64,000 bases of DNA from an uncultured Bacteroidales bacterium. GTDB lineage: Bacteria; Bacteroidota; Bacteroidia; Bacteroidales; Bacteroidaceae. The translations under genes and the position numbers were made by a program. Shown in pieces: positions 1 through 11,131 of this stretch (position 1 is the stretch's first letter; every line of letters starts with the position of its first letter). The DNA lies in contig CADAGO010000018.1 of NCBI GenBank assembly GCA_902787555.1, forward strand, positions 9,444 through 73,443, given 5' to 3'. The notes below the pieces were generated by a model. That model was not told where the DNA came from. It did no database searches and saw only the letters and a program-made list of their open reading frames with translations.

Positions 1-112
1 ACCCCACATGTTCGCGCTCATTGATGGTGAACGAAACATCCCAAAACAGCACTCGGTCACCTATGCGTTTGCCGAGTGACTGTACGTCCATGTAAGGTTG
101 GATTGTAGCCAT
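1..112 (-). CDS. ABC transporter ATP-binding protein (ABC-F-like), N-terminal fragment; gene continues beyond the left window edge
   Basis: Not in the ORF track (<60 aa). The reverse complement starts with ATG at 110..112 and reads MATIQPYMDVQSLGKRIGDRVLFWDVSFTINEREHVG. This is the typical lead-in to an ABC ATPase Walker A loop, which itself lies outside the window. Confidence 0.5.
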   Translation of the reverse strand, partial: MATIQPYMDVQSLGKRIGDRVLFWDVSFTINEREHVG

Positions 113-125
113 AGGATTTCTCGAA

Positions 126-158
126 ATTTAGCCTTCCCCAAATTGGAGAAGGCTAAAT
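126..158 (-). terminator. Hairpin terminator downstream of the 168..2327 lipoprotein gene
   Basis: 10-11 bp perfect stem tttagccttc / gaaggctaaa (127-136 with 148-157) and an 11-nt loop. It is flanked by an A/T run (T8 on the plus strand at 162-169, TTT on the minus strand) and sits 10 nt after the minus-strand stop codon. Confidence 0.55.
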
Positions 159-167
159 ATCTTTTTT

Positions 168-2327
168 TTATTGAATAGACAATGTCTTGATTTCCCATGT
201 AGGAGCACAATCTGTTGTGCTCTTATAGTGGAATACAATCTTGATGGTCTTGCCTGCATACTTAGCCAGACTTGCCGTTGCATCTACGTATGTGTAGTCT
301 GTTCCTGCTGGCCATGTGGAGAGTGCCAAATCTTCGGTTGTTTCGCCGCAGATGACCTGAACAGCTACGTAGTCGGCACGTTCATGTCCTTTGAGGAAGT
401 TGAGTGCATGATTGATAGACAGGTTTGCACCCGCAGCAGGAATGGAGAACTCAGGACTGATGAAGTCGGATTCTGCTGCATTGTTCTTACTGTTGTAGAA
501 CGCAGAAGCCTTCATGCCATAAGTCTTGTCTTGCTTCCAAACGTAATTCAATCCTCCGAGGTTGATGTCGTTGATGGTCCAGCCTTCTGTCGAGCTGGTG
601 AAGTTGATGCTGTATGGAATGCCTGTATCGTCACCTGGATTATCATCTGGATTATCGTCTGGGTCGTCACCCGAACCGTCAGCCAGTCCTCCATCGGAAG
701 TGGTGAGTTCTACATCATCGATCAAAACATTTGCACCAGGATTCTTTGGATTCATAACTAACAGACAAATGGTGGTCTCACCGCTCAGTGTGAACGGATG
801 GTTCACTTCGGTCCATTCGCCAGTTGTGAGGTTATTAACATAGTCGCCGTATTTATATCCGCTGCTGCTGTTAATCTTTCCATCCTCAACAATCGCGTAT
901 CCTGGACGTACGCTTCCACCTGCTGATGTAGCTGCTTTGGCGTAGAACTTCATGTTGTAGCTACCTGCTTTCAGGGTAATTTCCTTGTAGGCAAGACGTT
1001 TGTTGCTTGAACTTGTTCCTTCTACTTCGACTGAATAGCTGCCGCTGTGCGACTCGTTCGACTGACTGAGGGTTGCAGATGATGCGGTACTTGCTGACTT
1101 CCAATAAACAGGTTCGCCACCGCTCCATGCTTCGAAGGTACCGTTAGCAATGAGGTTATCGCCTGATGGCTCTGGTACTGGGTCTGGGCCTGGTCCGGTT
1201 TTTCCTCCCTGATGAACCTTGAAGTTCTTCAATTCCCATGTGGTTGAGTTCTGGTCGTTGCACTCGAAGCGGAATGCGAAGTAAACCTTTTCCTGACCTA
1301 CCAATGCTGCCGGCAAGGTGAGGGTAGGAGCTGCGTAGAATGTCCAGTCTTTCGTTGCTGATTCGACAGCTTCGAAACCAAGGTCGGTCCATGTGGCTTT
1401 CGTTACATCACCGTCGAAGTCGGTGCTTGCGTAGAGTTTGTGGAAGGCAGTAATATCTGTTCCTGCTCCTACATAGCGAAGTACGTAGTCGAAGTCGACA
1501 ATAACCGGCTCGTCGTTTCCTTCTGCTTTCGTTGTGTTGATAGCAGGTGAAACCAGCCAAGAGATTGTCGGAGTAGTTGCGCTGTTTGCATAACCGGTAG
1601 CCTTTGCATAAGTATTTCCGAGACTCCATGCTGTTCCCTTTTCGGTAACAACTGTAAAGCCGTCTTTCAGACTGTTGCTGGTGTATGGCAGTACGTTCTC
1701 TTCGGTTGGTCCAGGTGTTGGTTCCGGTGTACTTCCTGCAACACCCTTCATTACCTTCAGGTTCTTGACTTCCCATGTAGAGCTGTTGGTCTCGCACTTG
1801 AAGTAGAGCGCAATACGTACTTTCTTTCCCATGTATTTCTGTGGGATTTGAGCAGTAGCCGTGTAGAATGTGGTATAGTCGCTTCCTTCGGTGTGGTTGG
1901 CGATGAGGGTTTCCCATGTTTGTGATGTTACAGTATTGGCATTCGGTACGAAGTCTTCGGCAATCAACAGCTTCTGATAATCCTGATCGCGATTGAAACG
2001 AAGGATGTACTCGTAAGTAACGTATGCACTGTCGACGTTTGTGAGGTCAACAGCAGGACCAACGAGGTATGCAGTACCGTCGGTCGTCGTTTTCGTTGCG
2101 TTGTCATAACCGGTTGCAGTCGCACAACTGTAAGAGTTCTTCCAAGCTACGCCACCATCGGTGGTGAAGTTGGCAAATTTGCCAAGTGATGATGCAAAAG
2201 TTTCCGAGAGCAAAGTCTTGGTGTCAGAACTGCCTTCTGAATTGATGGTGTATGGTGCAGGCACGTCTTCACAGGCTGTAAACACAAGTGCCATAGCTGC
2301 ACATACCAATGATAATAATTTTTTCAT
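168..2327 (-). CDS. Surface lipoprotein with three choice-of-anchor-J/MAM-like repeats plus one CBM/galactose-binding-like module
   Basis: 719-aa ORF with an ATG start. MKKLLSLVCAAMALVFTAC is a signal peptide plus lipobox Cys. Three internal repeats each end in a TWExK motif (STWEVKNLKV, TTWELKNFKV, PTWEIKTLSI). One module, NLIANGTFEAW...VLIDDVELT, looks like a CBM4/9/22-type beta-sandwich. There is an acidic DDPDDNPDDNPGDD linker. Family names are from memory. Confidence 0.7.
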   Translation of the reverse strand: MKKLLSLVCAAMALVFTACEDVPAPYTINSEGSSDTKTLLSETFASSLGKFANFTTDGGVAWKNSYSCATATGYDNATKTTTDGTAYLVGPAVDLTNVDSAYVTYEYILRFNRDQDYQKLLIAEDFVPNANTVTSQTWETLIANHTEGSDYTTFYTATAQIPQKYMGKKVRIALYFKCETNSSTWEVKNLKVMKGVAGSTPEPTPGPTEENVLPYTSNSLKDGFTVVTEKGTAWSLGNTYAKATGYANSATTPTISWLVSPAINTTKAEGNDEPVIVDFDYVLRYVGAGTDITAFHKLYASTDFDGDVTKATWTDLGFEAVESATKDWTFYAAPTLTLPAALVGQEKVYFAFRFECNDQNSTTWELKNFKVHQGGKTGPGPDPVPEPSGDNLIANGTFEAWSGGEPVYWKSASTASSATLSQSNESHSGSYSVEVEGTSSSNKRLAYKEITLKAGSYNMKFYAKAATSAGGSVRPGYAIVEDGKINSSSGYKYGDYVNNLTTGEWTEVNHPFTLSGETTICLLVMNPKNPGANVLIDDVELTTSDGGLADGSGDDPDDNPDDNPGDDTGIPYSINFTSSTEGWTINDINLGGLNYVWKQDKTYGMKASAFYNSKNNAAESDFISPEFSIPAAGANLSINHALNFLKGHERADYVAVQVICGETTEDLALSTWPAGTDYTYVDATASLAKYAGKTIKIVFHYKSTTDCAPTWEIKTLSIQ
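636..671. repeat. 12-nt x3 tandem repeat inside the lipoprotein CDS (encodes the acidic DDNP-type linker)
   Basis: tggattatcatc / tggattatcgtc / tgggtcgtcacc in tandem on the plus strand. Confidence 0.6.
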
Positions 2328-2360
2328 ATCGTATTGTTATTTAGTTGTCTTACCCTTTGT

Positions 2361-3257
2361 TTATTCTTTGATGATTTCCATATCGTCTACCGAACGCAGC
2401 TGCAACTGCCATCCGTCGTAGAACGACAGCATACCTGTAAGTCTTACAGTGCCCTTAGGCATTTTGAGGAACGACACATCGTTCTGAGTACTTGTACGTA
2501 CTGTGATGGTTGTGTTGCCGATTTTGAAGTCGCGATCCACGCCCATACCGGCATCTTTCAACTCATCGGGTGCTAGGATGGTCTCGTCGTCACCAAGTAC
2601 GAACTTACCTGTAACGGTTACAAGCATCGGTGCGTTTTTGTAGTTCTGGTATGAAGTCTGGTGGAACATCTCGTGGCTGTCGTCCTTGATTTCGAATGGC
2701 TTTATCTTATTGATATAGTCCGATGGTTTACCAACAAGGTAGATGTTCGTCTTGCACAGCTCGAAAAGCATAGGCCCCAGTCGCAGGTTGTTGCTGCTGG
2801 TGTAGTAGGGTTGCCCTATCTTCGGCAGTTTGCTATAGCAACCCACATACAGTCCTTTGAGGTTCACACGTACCATCTGTCCGTATGCGAAATAAGGATA
2901 GAGGCATGTACTCTTTACAGCCAATACAATACCTCGTGCTGGATCTACCACATCATAAGTGGCATCATATTGTGCCAGCATCAGGGTCTGATAGAGGTTA
3001 CCTCCCTTATCGTTCGCTACTACCACACCTTCCACGATTTCGTCGTCCTCAATCATCGTGAATGCATTGTTCTGGGTGAACACACTTTCGTACTTTTCCT
3101 TGAGGTTACGGATGGATATCGTCGTATCGCCCACAGAGGTTTCCTTCGTGATAGAGTAATTGCTGACATCTGGTGCATCGTGGTCGTCCATACATGCCGA
3201 CAATGCGATGCCCGTCATCATGAGCGTTAATGCTCCTATGTGAAATATCTTTTTCAT
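2361..3257 (-). CDS. Lipoprotein with two OB-fold-like halves (DUF5689-like)
   Basis: 298-aa ORF with a signal peptide and lipobox (IALSAC). Motifs VEGVVVANDKGGNLYQTLMLAQ and VRLTGMLSFYDGWQLQLRSVDD resemble DUF5689-type Bacteroidota lipoproteins (assignment from memory). It lies 33 nt upstream of the next gene, consistent with an operon. Confidence 0.6.
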   Translation of the reverse strand: MKKIFHIGALTLMMTGIALSACMDDHDAPDVSNYSITKETSVGDTTISIRNLKEKYESVFTQNNAFTMIEDDEIVEGVVVANDKGGNLYQTLMLAQYDATYDVVDPARGIVLAVKSTCLYPYFAYGQMVRVNLKGLYVGCYSKLPKIGQPYYTSSNNLRLGPMLFELCKTNIYLVGKPSDYINKIKPFEIKDDSHEMFHQTSYQNYKNAPMLVTVTGKFVLGDDETILAPDELKDAGMGVDRDFKIGNTTITVRTSTQNDVSFLKMPKGTVRLTGMLSFYDGWQLQLRSVDDMEIIKE

Positions 3258-3314
3258 GTTTAATTCTTCTTTGATTTTAATAATTACATTGTTCTTCTAC
3301 ACCTTAATTATATA

Positions 3315-6017
3315 TTAGAACCGATAATTAACATTGAGGAAAGCATTGAACGCATTAGCATAGTAGTACTTCGAGTTCTTTGAGAACTTATAGGCGCGTG
3401 CTACGCCGGTACTGTAGAGGTCGTCACGATTCTGCTCGAATCCGCCTGTACGGAGGTTCGTGTTGTTCGTGATGTTTTGGAATGAGAGGTTGATAGAGAT
3501 GGCACGTCCGTTACGCAGACGGATGAACTTGCCGATTGATGCGTCGAGCATGAAGCCACCTTTATACTTCTCCAGACTTGGACTGTAAGCATCCACGTAG
3601 TCACCGTTTATGTCGAACAGCACACCGCCGTCTTCAGCCAAAATCTGTTCGCTGCTGCGACCCGTTTCGTCTGCGATGTTGAATACGGGTGTGCCGCCAA
3701 CCGAGCCTGTAGCCGTATAGTTCTTCAGTACATTGCTCAACCTGCGGTATGCTGAGTATCCTACATATACCCTGTCATAGTAGTTGAGGTTCAGTTCCAG
3801 GAACCAGTTGTTCACGTTGTAGTTCACACCTAGGCTCGCAGCCGTCAATGGGGTGCTGCCTACTTTGATGTCCTTCATAATGACACGCAACGGCATGTTG
3901 GCACCTGTCACCGAATTGGTCCATGTGTTCAGCGCTTCGTTGGTCTGCGAGTTCATACCTTCGTAGTTCACCTGAGCATATGGATTGTCGATATACTTCG
4001 CATCGCTGATGGTTCCGATGAGGTTGAACGACAATTTGCTGTTCACCTGGTAAACCAACGCACCTTCCACTCCTTGGTGCTCCTTGCTGATACCTGTCAT
4101 CGTGAGGTAGGTGAAGCGGTTCTCCTGATCGTTATAGAATGCAGTCTGCTCCACTTGGTTCAGGAATCGGGTGAAGAAACCTGTGAACTTACCCGTCAGG
4201 TTGCCGAAGCGGAATTTCCAGTTGAGTTCGGCGCTGAAGATATCCTCGTTCTGAAGGTTGTCCACAAAGTTGTTCTGCATACGTGGTGCAACGAAGGCAT
4301 TACGTGCAAGTGGGGCGTTGGTGTCCCATCCCAGACCCAGCGAAATGGTGTTACCTACAAACGGACGCAGGTTCATCAGTACCTTGCCGCCTCCTCCGAA
4401 GAACTTAGCCGTACCGCTCGACCCGTACGAGTTCTGAGGGGCACGTCCGTTCTGCATCTTACCGTCACGCTCGATGGTGGTTCCTTCGAGATAGAAACCA
4501 GGCATGATATCGAATGCACCATTCGTATGCTGCATCACACCCCATACCTTGGCTTTGTTCACGTTGATGTTGTAGTCATAGCCGAATTTGTCACCCTCGT
4601 TGATACGCTTGTACGGATTGCGCAGGTCGTTCGCTGCCTCAGTCGGATTGGCTACACTGCCCTTACCGTATTCGTTAGCACTGAACTTATCATAGTCATA
4701 ATAGAGGTTGCCGCCCAACAGGTCGTCCATCGTCTTGTAGTGCATACCCGTCGTGTGATTCAGATTGATACCCAGCGTGTACTTGTTGTTGATGTCGATA
4801 TTATGACTGAAAGTCGAGTTGAATGCAAATACCAACTGGTTGTTATGACGGCGCTCCTGATAGTACAGCGTCTCGTCGCCGTTCTGGTTCTGCACACTGT
4901 TCACATAGTACATGCGGTCCCAGTTTATCTGACGATTGGCCTCGCTGGCAGTCCAGAAGTCATACAGGTCATTATACTGACTCAGGAAATAAGGGTTGTC
5001 CTGCAAGAATTCCGGATTGTTGCGGTTTGCAAGGTCATACACGTCGAAGATGCTGCTCGGCAGGTTCTTGTAGTAGTCAGGACGAGGGTCGTAAGCATCA
5101 CCGTTCCATCCTAAGGCAGAAGTGCTGTACATGCTGTATTTCGCACCAGCCGAAGTGACCAGTTTCTTGCTTTCGTCAATCTTCCAGTCCCATGTGAGGA
5201 TGGCAGTCGGCTCAAAGTCGTGAACCACGCGTGAGTTACGCTTCTTCCCGTTCTGGTAACCCCAGTAAGGGTTGTAGTAGTGTGAGTTGGCAAGCCAGTA
5301 TGCCTCTTCCGTCGAAGCACCTTGCTGCGCACGTTCCGTAGGAGAACCGAACGTGACCAGCGATAAGCTGTGGTTGTCACCCAGTCGCTTCTCGAGCGAT
5401 AGCAGGTAAGAGAATGAGTTGTAGAACGTACCCTTGATGACACCCTCCTTGGCCCATCGGTAGCCGATCGTTCCGGCAAAAGCCCATCCACTTTCCGTCA
5501 GGCCGGTTGCGTAGGTGTACATGCCACGCAGCACGTAGTTACGATTCGTTCCCGACAGCGTCACCTTCTGTCCTGTAGCGAAGGCCGATGCACGGGTGTT
5601 GATGTTCGAACCACCACCGATAGGCGTCAGTCCGAAGTTGTTGTACTCGAAGCCGCTCACGTCTTCTTTGCTGCGCGTAGCGTCGTTCATACCGCCGATC
5701 ATGCTGTATTGGAAACGACCTGTCTCCACATCGTTCAACAGCAGTCCGTTCATGTAAGTCTGTTCGTACATGTTGTCGTAGGCACGTACCTTGAAGCGCA
5801 TCGGACTGAATCTGTAACCCACTTCACCCAGATAAGGATCGTTGTTCGACGACGAGATGGTAGAAACAGTTTGAGCCGCATCGTTGTCGTCGTCCAACTG
5901 ACTTTCTGTGAAGGTAAAGTCATAGCTGTCCGAGAGGAGAGTGTCAACCTCTTCCTGTGCCGTCACAGAACCTGTGATACACAGAAGCATTGCCACCAGT
6001 TTTAAACATTTACTCAT
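3315..6017 (-). CDS. TonB-dependent outer-membrane receptor / large beta-barrel
   Basis: 900-aa ORF with signal peptide MSKCLKLVAMLLCITGSVTAQ. A plug-like segment (RFKVRAYDNMYEQTYMNGLLLND) is followed by a long alternating beta-strand pattern and a C-terminal aromatic residue (...NVNYRF). Confidence 0.8.
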   Translation of the reverse strand: MSKCLKLVAMLLCITGSVTAQEEVDTLLSDSYDFTFTESQLDDDNDAAQTVSTISSSNNDPYLGEVGYRFSPMRFKVRAYDNMYEQTYMNGLLLNDVETGRFQYSMIGGMNDATRSKEDVSGFEYNNFGLTPIGGGSNINTRASAFATGQKVTLSGTNRNYVLRGMYTYATGLTESGWAFAGTIGYRWAKEGVIKGTFYNSFSYLLSLEKRLGDNHSLSLVTFGSPTERAQQGASTEEAYWLANSHYYNPYWGYQNGKKRNSRVVHDFEPTAILTWDWKIDESKKLVTSAGAKYSMYSTSALGWNGDAYDPRPDYYKNLPSSIFDVYDLANRNNPEFLQDNPYFLSQYNDLYDFWTASEANRQINWDRMYYVNSVQNQNGDETLYYQERRHNNQLVFAFNSTFSHNIDINNKYTLGINLNHTTGMHYKTMDDLLGGNLYYDYDKFSANEYGKGSVANPTEAANDLRNPYKRINEGDKFGYDYNINVNKAKVWGVMQHTNGAFDIMPGFYLEGTTIERDGKMQNGRAPQNSYGSSGTAKFFGGGGKVLMNLRPFVGNTISLGLGWDTNAPLARNAFVAPRMQNNFVDNLQNEDIFSAELNWKFRFGNLTGKFTGFFTRFLNQVEQTAFYNDQENRFTYLTMTGISKEHQGVEGALVYQVNSKLSFNLIGTISDAKYIDNPYAQVNYEGMNSQTNEALNTWTNSVTGANMPLRVIMKDIKVGSTPLTAASLGVNYNVNNWFLELNLNYYDRVYVGYSAYRRLSNVLKNYTATGSVGGTPVFNIADETGRSSEQILAEDGGVLFDINGDYVDAYSPSLEKYKGGFMLDASIGKFIRLRNGRAISINLSFQNITNNTNLRTGGFEQNRDDLYSTGVARAYKFSKNSKYYYANAFNAFLNVNYRF

Positions 6018-6056
6018 AGTTTGATATCTTATTTTAATTTCTTGTTATTGGTTTTG

Positions 6057-6064
6057 CAAATTTA
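6057..6064 (-). promoter_or_regulatory. Bacteroidota -7 promoter box TAAATTTG for the TonB-receptor operon
   Basis: Plus-strand caaattta is TAAATTTG on the minus strand, matching the Bacteroides sigma-A consensus TAnnTTTG. It lies 40 nt upstream of the ATG at 6017. Confidence 0.45.
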
Positions 6065-6245
6065 GGAAAAATAGTTCAAAGGTCAATGCTCATAAGACAA
6101 TTATTTCATTTTTTCCTCATTTTTATTTCCTGTCCATTTCCTTTTTTACATTTTTCTTTATTTTCTCACGTTGTTTTGCATTTCACGATTCCTGCAAACG
6201 GTATCAGCACGTACCGCGTTCTCCCCCATGAACCATATAACACAT

Positions 6246-6269
6246 AAGCGACGTCATGTGACGTCGCTT
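6246..6269 (-). terminator. Perfect 11-bp-stem hairpin downstream of the GH3 gene
   Basis: aagcgacgtca-tg-tgacgtcgctt is a 24-nt perfect palindrome 31 nt after the GH3 stop codon. There is no clear U-tract. Confidence 0.4.
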
Positions 6270-6299
6270 TGTAGATGGAAGGAAATGTTCCCCCCCCTG

Positions 6300-8540
6300 T
6301 TATTTCACGTTGACCGTGATGCTTTTCAGATCGGCTGGATTTGCCGAAGGACCGACCATAACGGTATATTTCCCTGGTATGACTCGCATGGTGTTGGTCG
6401 CTGCATCCCACCACTCAAACGCGGTGCGGGGTAGGGTGATGGCGGCTTTGACGCTCTTGCCTGCCGGGACGGCAACTCGCTTGTAGGCACGGAGTGTGCG
6501 TGAGGGACCCGACGGGTCGTTGTCTTTACGGATATATACCTGCACTGTTTCGTCGGTGGGGCGCTTGCCGTTGTTGGTGAGGCTGACGCTGATGGTGGAA
6601 TTGGTGTAAGTGGGGGTGCCGTAGGTGACGTTGGTGTAGCTGAGTCCATAACCGAAGTACCAAAGGGGTGCGGCGGTCATATAGCGATAGGTGCGGCCTT
6701 TCATCTCGTAACTCTCGTAGTCGGGCAGCTGGTCGGTGCTGCGGTAGAAAGTGATGGGGAGTCGGCCGATGGGGTTGAAGTCGCCATAGAGCACATCGGC
6801 TAGTGCCTCACCTCCTGCTTCTCCTCCATACCACGCCTGGACGATTGCATCGCATGTCTGGGTTTCGGGCACGAGTGCTACTGCGCTGCCTGAGCAGTTG
6901 ACGAAGATGATGCGCTTGCCTGCATCGTGGAGCATTTTCAGCATGTTGCGCTGGATGTCGGGCAGTTCGATACTGGTGCGGTCGCCTCCACGGAAGCCTG
7001 GAAGGGTGATGCGCATCTCCTCTCCTTCGAGTCGGGGTGATATACCGCCTACGAAGATGACGACATCAGCATCGCGTACGCAATCCATGACTTCGCTGTT
7101 TGAGGTATTGGTGGCATCATCGGTACGGATGCGCAGGGCTTCATCGTGTCCGTAATCGACTTCGGGCTGTCCGTTGTTGCCATGCAGTGTGCGTGACGAG
7201 TTCTGTACGAGCTCGCAGGCTTTCATGTGCCCAACGACACGTCCCTTTGCCTGGATGCCCTCGAGGATGGTGACGGTGTGGCGTGGGAATCCGTTGTAGT
7301 TGCCCCACATCATCACGGAATCGTTGGCGTTAGGACCGATCACGGCTACCTTTGTGTCGCGCTTGAGGGGCAGGATGTTGTTCTTGTTCTGCAGTAGGAC
7401 GATGCTCTCGCGTGCGGCACGGAGGGCTATCTGATGGTGAGCTGCGTTGGCAATCACCTCGGGACCGATCTTCTTCCAGGGAACGAGTTCCTCGCTGTCG
7501 AAGTCACCCAGCTCGAAGCGTGCTTTGAGCAGTCGTAGCAGGCTCTGGTTGATTTTTTCCTCGGTTATCTTACCTTGTGCTACGGCCTCGGGTAGGTTGC
7601 GGAAGATGCCTCCGCACTCTACGTCGGTACCTGCTATGACAGCTGTGGCTACAGCACTCTCTTTTGAGTCGGATGTGCCGTGATTGGCTGGTTTCCAGAA
7701 ATCATCGACTGCCCAGCAATCGCTGGTCACGAGTCCCTTGAAGCCCCATTGCTTGCGCAGGATGTCGGTCAGCAGTCGTGAGTTGCCGCAGCAGGGTTCG
7801 CCATCGAAGCGGTGGTAGGCACACATCACTTCTTGTACGTCGCCTTCCTGTACAAGTGCTTTGAAGGCGGGGAGGTAGGTCTCCCACAGGTCGCGCTCGG
7901 GCAGCAGTTCGAGGTTGAACGAGTGGCGGTTCCACTCGGGTCCGCTATGTACGGCAAAGTGCTTGGCACATGCGAGCAACTTGCGGTACTTTCCATTGCG
8001 TCCGTAGTCGATGTTCTCGTTGCCTTGTGCTCCCTGCAGACCGCGAACGACGGCAAGTCCCATCATTGTGGTGAGGTAGGGGTCCTCGCCGTAGGTCTCC
8101 TGTCCGCGTCCCCAGCGTGGGTCACGGAAGATGTTGATGTTGGGTGTCCAGAACGACAGACACTGATATTGGCGTATGCGTCCTGACTGACGTGCTATGT
8201 TGTTCTTGGCACGTGCCTCGTCGCTTGCTGCCGTGAAGGCTTCCTGTACGAGTCCGTCGTTCCATGTGGCTGCCAGACCCATTGTGATGGGCAGGACGGT
8301 AGCTGTACCGTTACGCCCAATGCCGTGGAGGGCTTCGTTCCACCAGTTGAAGGCGGGAATGTCAAGACGTGCGATAGCGGGTGAGGTATGTTCCATGAGT
8401 CGTGCTTTCTCTTCGAGGGTGAGACGACTCAGCAAATCCTTTGCCCTCTCTTCTGCGGAGAGGGTAGGGTCCTTGTAGGGTTGAGCTGTAATGTATATTG
8501 TGCTAAGGGCAATGCATCCAAGAATAAGTGTACGTTTCAT
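6300..8540 (-). CDS. bglX: Glycoside hydrolase family 3 (beta-glucosidase/beta-xylosidase type)
   Basis: 746-aa ORF with a signal peptide. GH3 hallmarks are present: NWWNEALHG, RDPRWGRGQETYGEDP, KHFAVHSGPE and VTSDCWAV. The symbol is generic for the family. Confidence 0.85.
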   Translation of the reverse strand: MKRTLILGCIALSTIYITAQPYKDPTLSAEERAKDLLSRLTLEEKARLMEHTSPAIARLDIPAFNWWNEALHGIGRNGTATVLPITMGLAATWNDGLVQEAFTAASDEARAKNNIARQSGRIRQYQCLSFWTPNINIFRDPRWGRGQETYGEDPYLTTMMGLAVVRGLQGAQGNENIDYGRNGKYRKLLACAKHFAVHSGPEWNRHSFNLELLPERDLWETYLPAFKALVQEGDVQEVMCAYHRFDGEPCCGNSRLLTDILRKQWGFKGLVTSDCWAVDDFWKPANHGTSDSKESAVATAVIAGTDVECGGIFRNLPEAVAQGKITEEKINQSLLRLLKARFELGDFDSEELVPWKKIGPEVIANAAHHQIALRAARESIVLLQNKNNILPLKRDTKVAVIGPNANDSVMMWGNYNGFPRHTVTILEGIQAKGRVVGHMKACELVQNSSRTLHGNNGQPEVDYGHDEALRIRTDDATNTSNSEVMDCVRDADVVIFVGGISPRLEGEEMRITLPGFRGGDRTSIELPDIQRNMLKMLHDAGKRIIFVNCSGSAVALVPETQTCDAIVQAWYGGEAGGEALADVLYGDFNPIGRLPITFYRSTDQLPDYESYEMKGRTYRYMTAAPLWYFGYGLSYTNVTYGTPTYTNSTISVSLTNNGKRPTDETVQVYIRKDNDPSGPSRTLRAYKRVAVPAGKSVKAAITLPRTAFEWWDAATNTMRVIPGKYTVMVGPSANPADLKSITVNVK

Positions 8541-8552
8541 GGCGTTCTTGTT

Positions 8553-10199
<1,647 letters not shown>

Positions 10200-10242
10200 T
10201 CAGTATTTTTGTTGTTGATAATTGATTTGCACCGCAAAAGTA

Positions 10243-10250
10243 CAAAATTA
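10243..10250 (-). promoter_or_regulatory. -7 promoter box TAATTTTG for the esterase/GH3 unit
   Basis: Plus-strand caaaatta is TAATTTTG on the minus strand, 47 nt upstream of the ATG at 10196. Confidence 0.45.
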
Positions 10251-10286
10251 TTCATAATCCATCATACATAATTCATAATTTATTTG

Positions 10287-10294
10287 TAATTTTG
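10287..10294 (+). promoter_or_regulatory. -7 promoter box TAATTTTG for the thioesterase gene
   Basis: taattttg matches TAnnTTTG. It overlaps the ORF-track TTG start at 10292, which argues for the ATG at 10322 as the true start. Confidence 0.45.
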
Positions 10295-10321
10295 CCGCAA
10301 AATTATAGAAAAAGGAGTAAA

Positions 10322-11080
10322 ATGGCAAATAAGATAGAGACATTGCATTTCCGTTCGGATGCGTTCAGTACAGATTTCAAGCGTGAACTATCGTACGATG
10401 TGCTGGGGCGTGACATCCTAAATTGTGCAGAGAATCATGCATCGAAGCGTGGCTTCGGATTCAGCGACTTACTGAAAGTAAACCATTCATGGGTGCTGTC
10501 GCGCCTGTCGATTGAGATGCGCCAAATGCCACCCATCTATAGCAACTATCACATCGACACATGGATAGAGAATGTGTATCGCATGTTCACCAACCGTAAC
10601 TTCTGCATCAAGAACGATGAGGGAGATGTTTATGGCTATGCACGTAGCATCTGGGCGATGATTGACAATACCACGCGTCAGCCTCTCGACCTCGTGTCTT
10701 TCTATGGTGAGGAGTTCCAGCAATGGCTCGCTCCCGAAATACCCTGTGAGATGGACACTCACAGCCGACTGCGTCCGCTGACCGATGTGGAACCTATGAT
10801 GCAAATCGAAGCACGCTACAGCGACCTTGACTGTAACGGTCATTTCAACAGCATTAAGTACATCTCGCACATCCTCGACCTCTTTTCGAAAGACTTCTAC
10901 ACAGAGCACCGCATCCGGCGTGCAGAGATTGCATACGTCGCAGAAGCGTATTATGGCGATGAACTGTCGTTCTTTGTAAAGGAACAGCAGCCGCTCCACT
11001 ATCAGGTGGAAATACGCAAGCACTACGGCAAGGACGGACAAGGTGAAACGATTGCCCGCTGTCTCGTGGTGTTTGAGTAA
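10322..11080 (+). CDS. Acyl-ACP thioesterase
   Basis: The ORF track gives 10292..11080 with a TTG start; I trimmed it to the ATG at 10322 (MANKIETLHF...). Double hot-dog pattern typical of the FatA/FatB-like family: LLKVNHSWVLSRLSIEM...DTWIE and YSDLDCNGHFNSIKY. Confidence 0.75.
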   Translation: MANKIETLHFRSDAFSTDFKRELSYDVLGRDILNCAENHASKRGFGFSDLLKVNHSWVLSRLSIEMRQMPPIYSNYHIDTWIENVYRMFTNRNFCIKNDEGDVYGYARSIWAMIDNTTRQPLDLVSFYGEEFQQWLAPEIPCEMDTHSRLRPLTDVEPMMQIEARYSDLDCNGHFNSIKYISHILDLFSKDFYTEHRIRRAEIAYVAEAYYGDELSFFVKEQQPLHYQVEIRKHYGKDGQGETIARCLVVFE

Positions 11081-11090
11081 TTTTGATGAA

Positions 11091-11123
11091 TTGCTTGGTG
11101 GGGTATGATGCCCTCCCAAGCAA
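11091..11123. terminator. Hairpin between the convergent thioesterase and aroB genes
   Basis: In ttgcttggtgggg-tatgatg-ccctcccaagcaa, 8 bp pair, 2 positions mismatch, and 3 more bp pair. It lies in the 51-nt convergent gap. Confidence 0.4.
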
Positions 11124-11131
11124 GATAAGAC

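Noticed and set aside
1156-1917. Nested minus-strand ORFs (1156..1392, 1408..1917, 1469..1651) and plus-strand ORFs 171..761 and 562..843 within the 719-aa lipoprotein gene
   Set aside because: They are alternative frames of a long CDS with clear internal domain repeats. Their translations are Arg/Ser-rich and look like frame artefacts.
4074-5114. 346-aa plus-strand ORF (and 4823..5158, 5709..6005) inside the TonB-receptor gene
   Set aside because: It is antisense to a strongly supported beta-barrel CDS. The Val/Leu/His-rich, low-complexity translation is typical of the reverse frame of a coding region. It has no promoter box or family resemblance.
10292-10321. N-terminal extensions given by the ORF track (10292, 23476, 26343, 31006, 31037, 41341, 48590, 50367, 53644, 56426)
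   Set aside because: Five of these starts were checked here and are TTG (10292, 26343, 48590, 53644, 56426); the others were not checked. The extensions add non-signal-peptide residues, and -7 promoter boxes overlap or fall inside four of them (10292, 26343, 31006, 56426). Downstream ATGs give canonical N-termini or clean signal peptides.
10487-11119. 210-aa minus-strand ORF opposite the acyl-ACP thioesterase gene
   Set aside because: The thioesterase frame has recognisable family blocks and a promoter box. The antisense product has no features.
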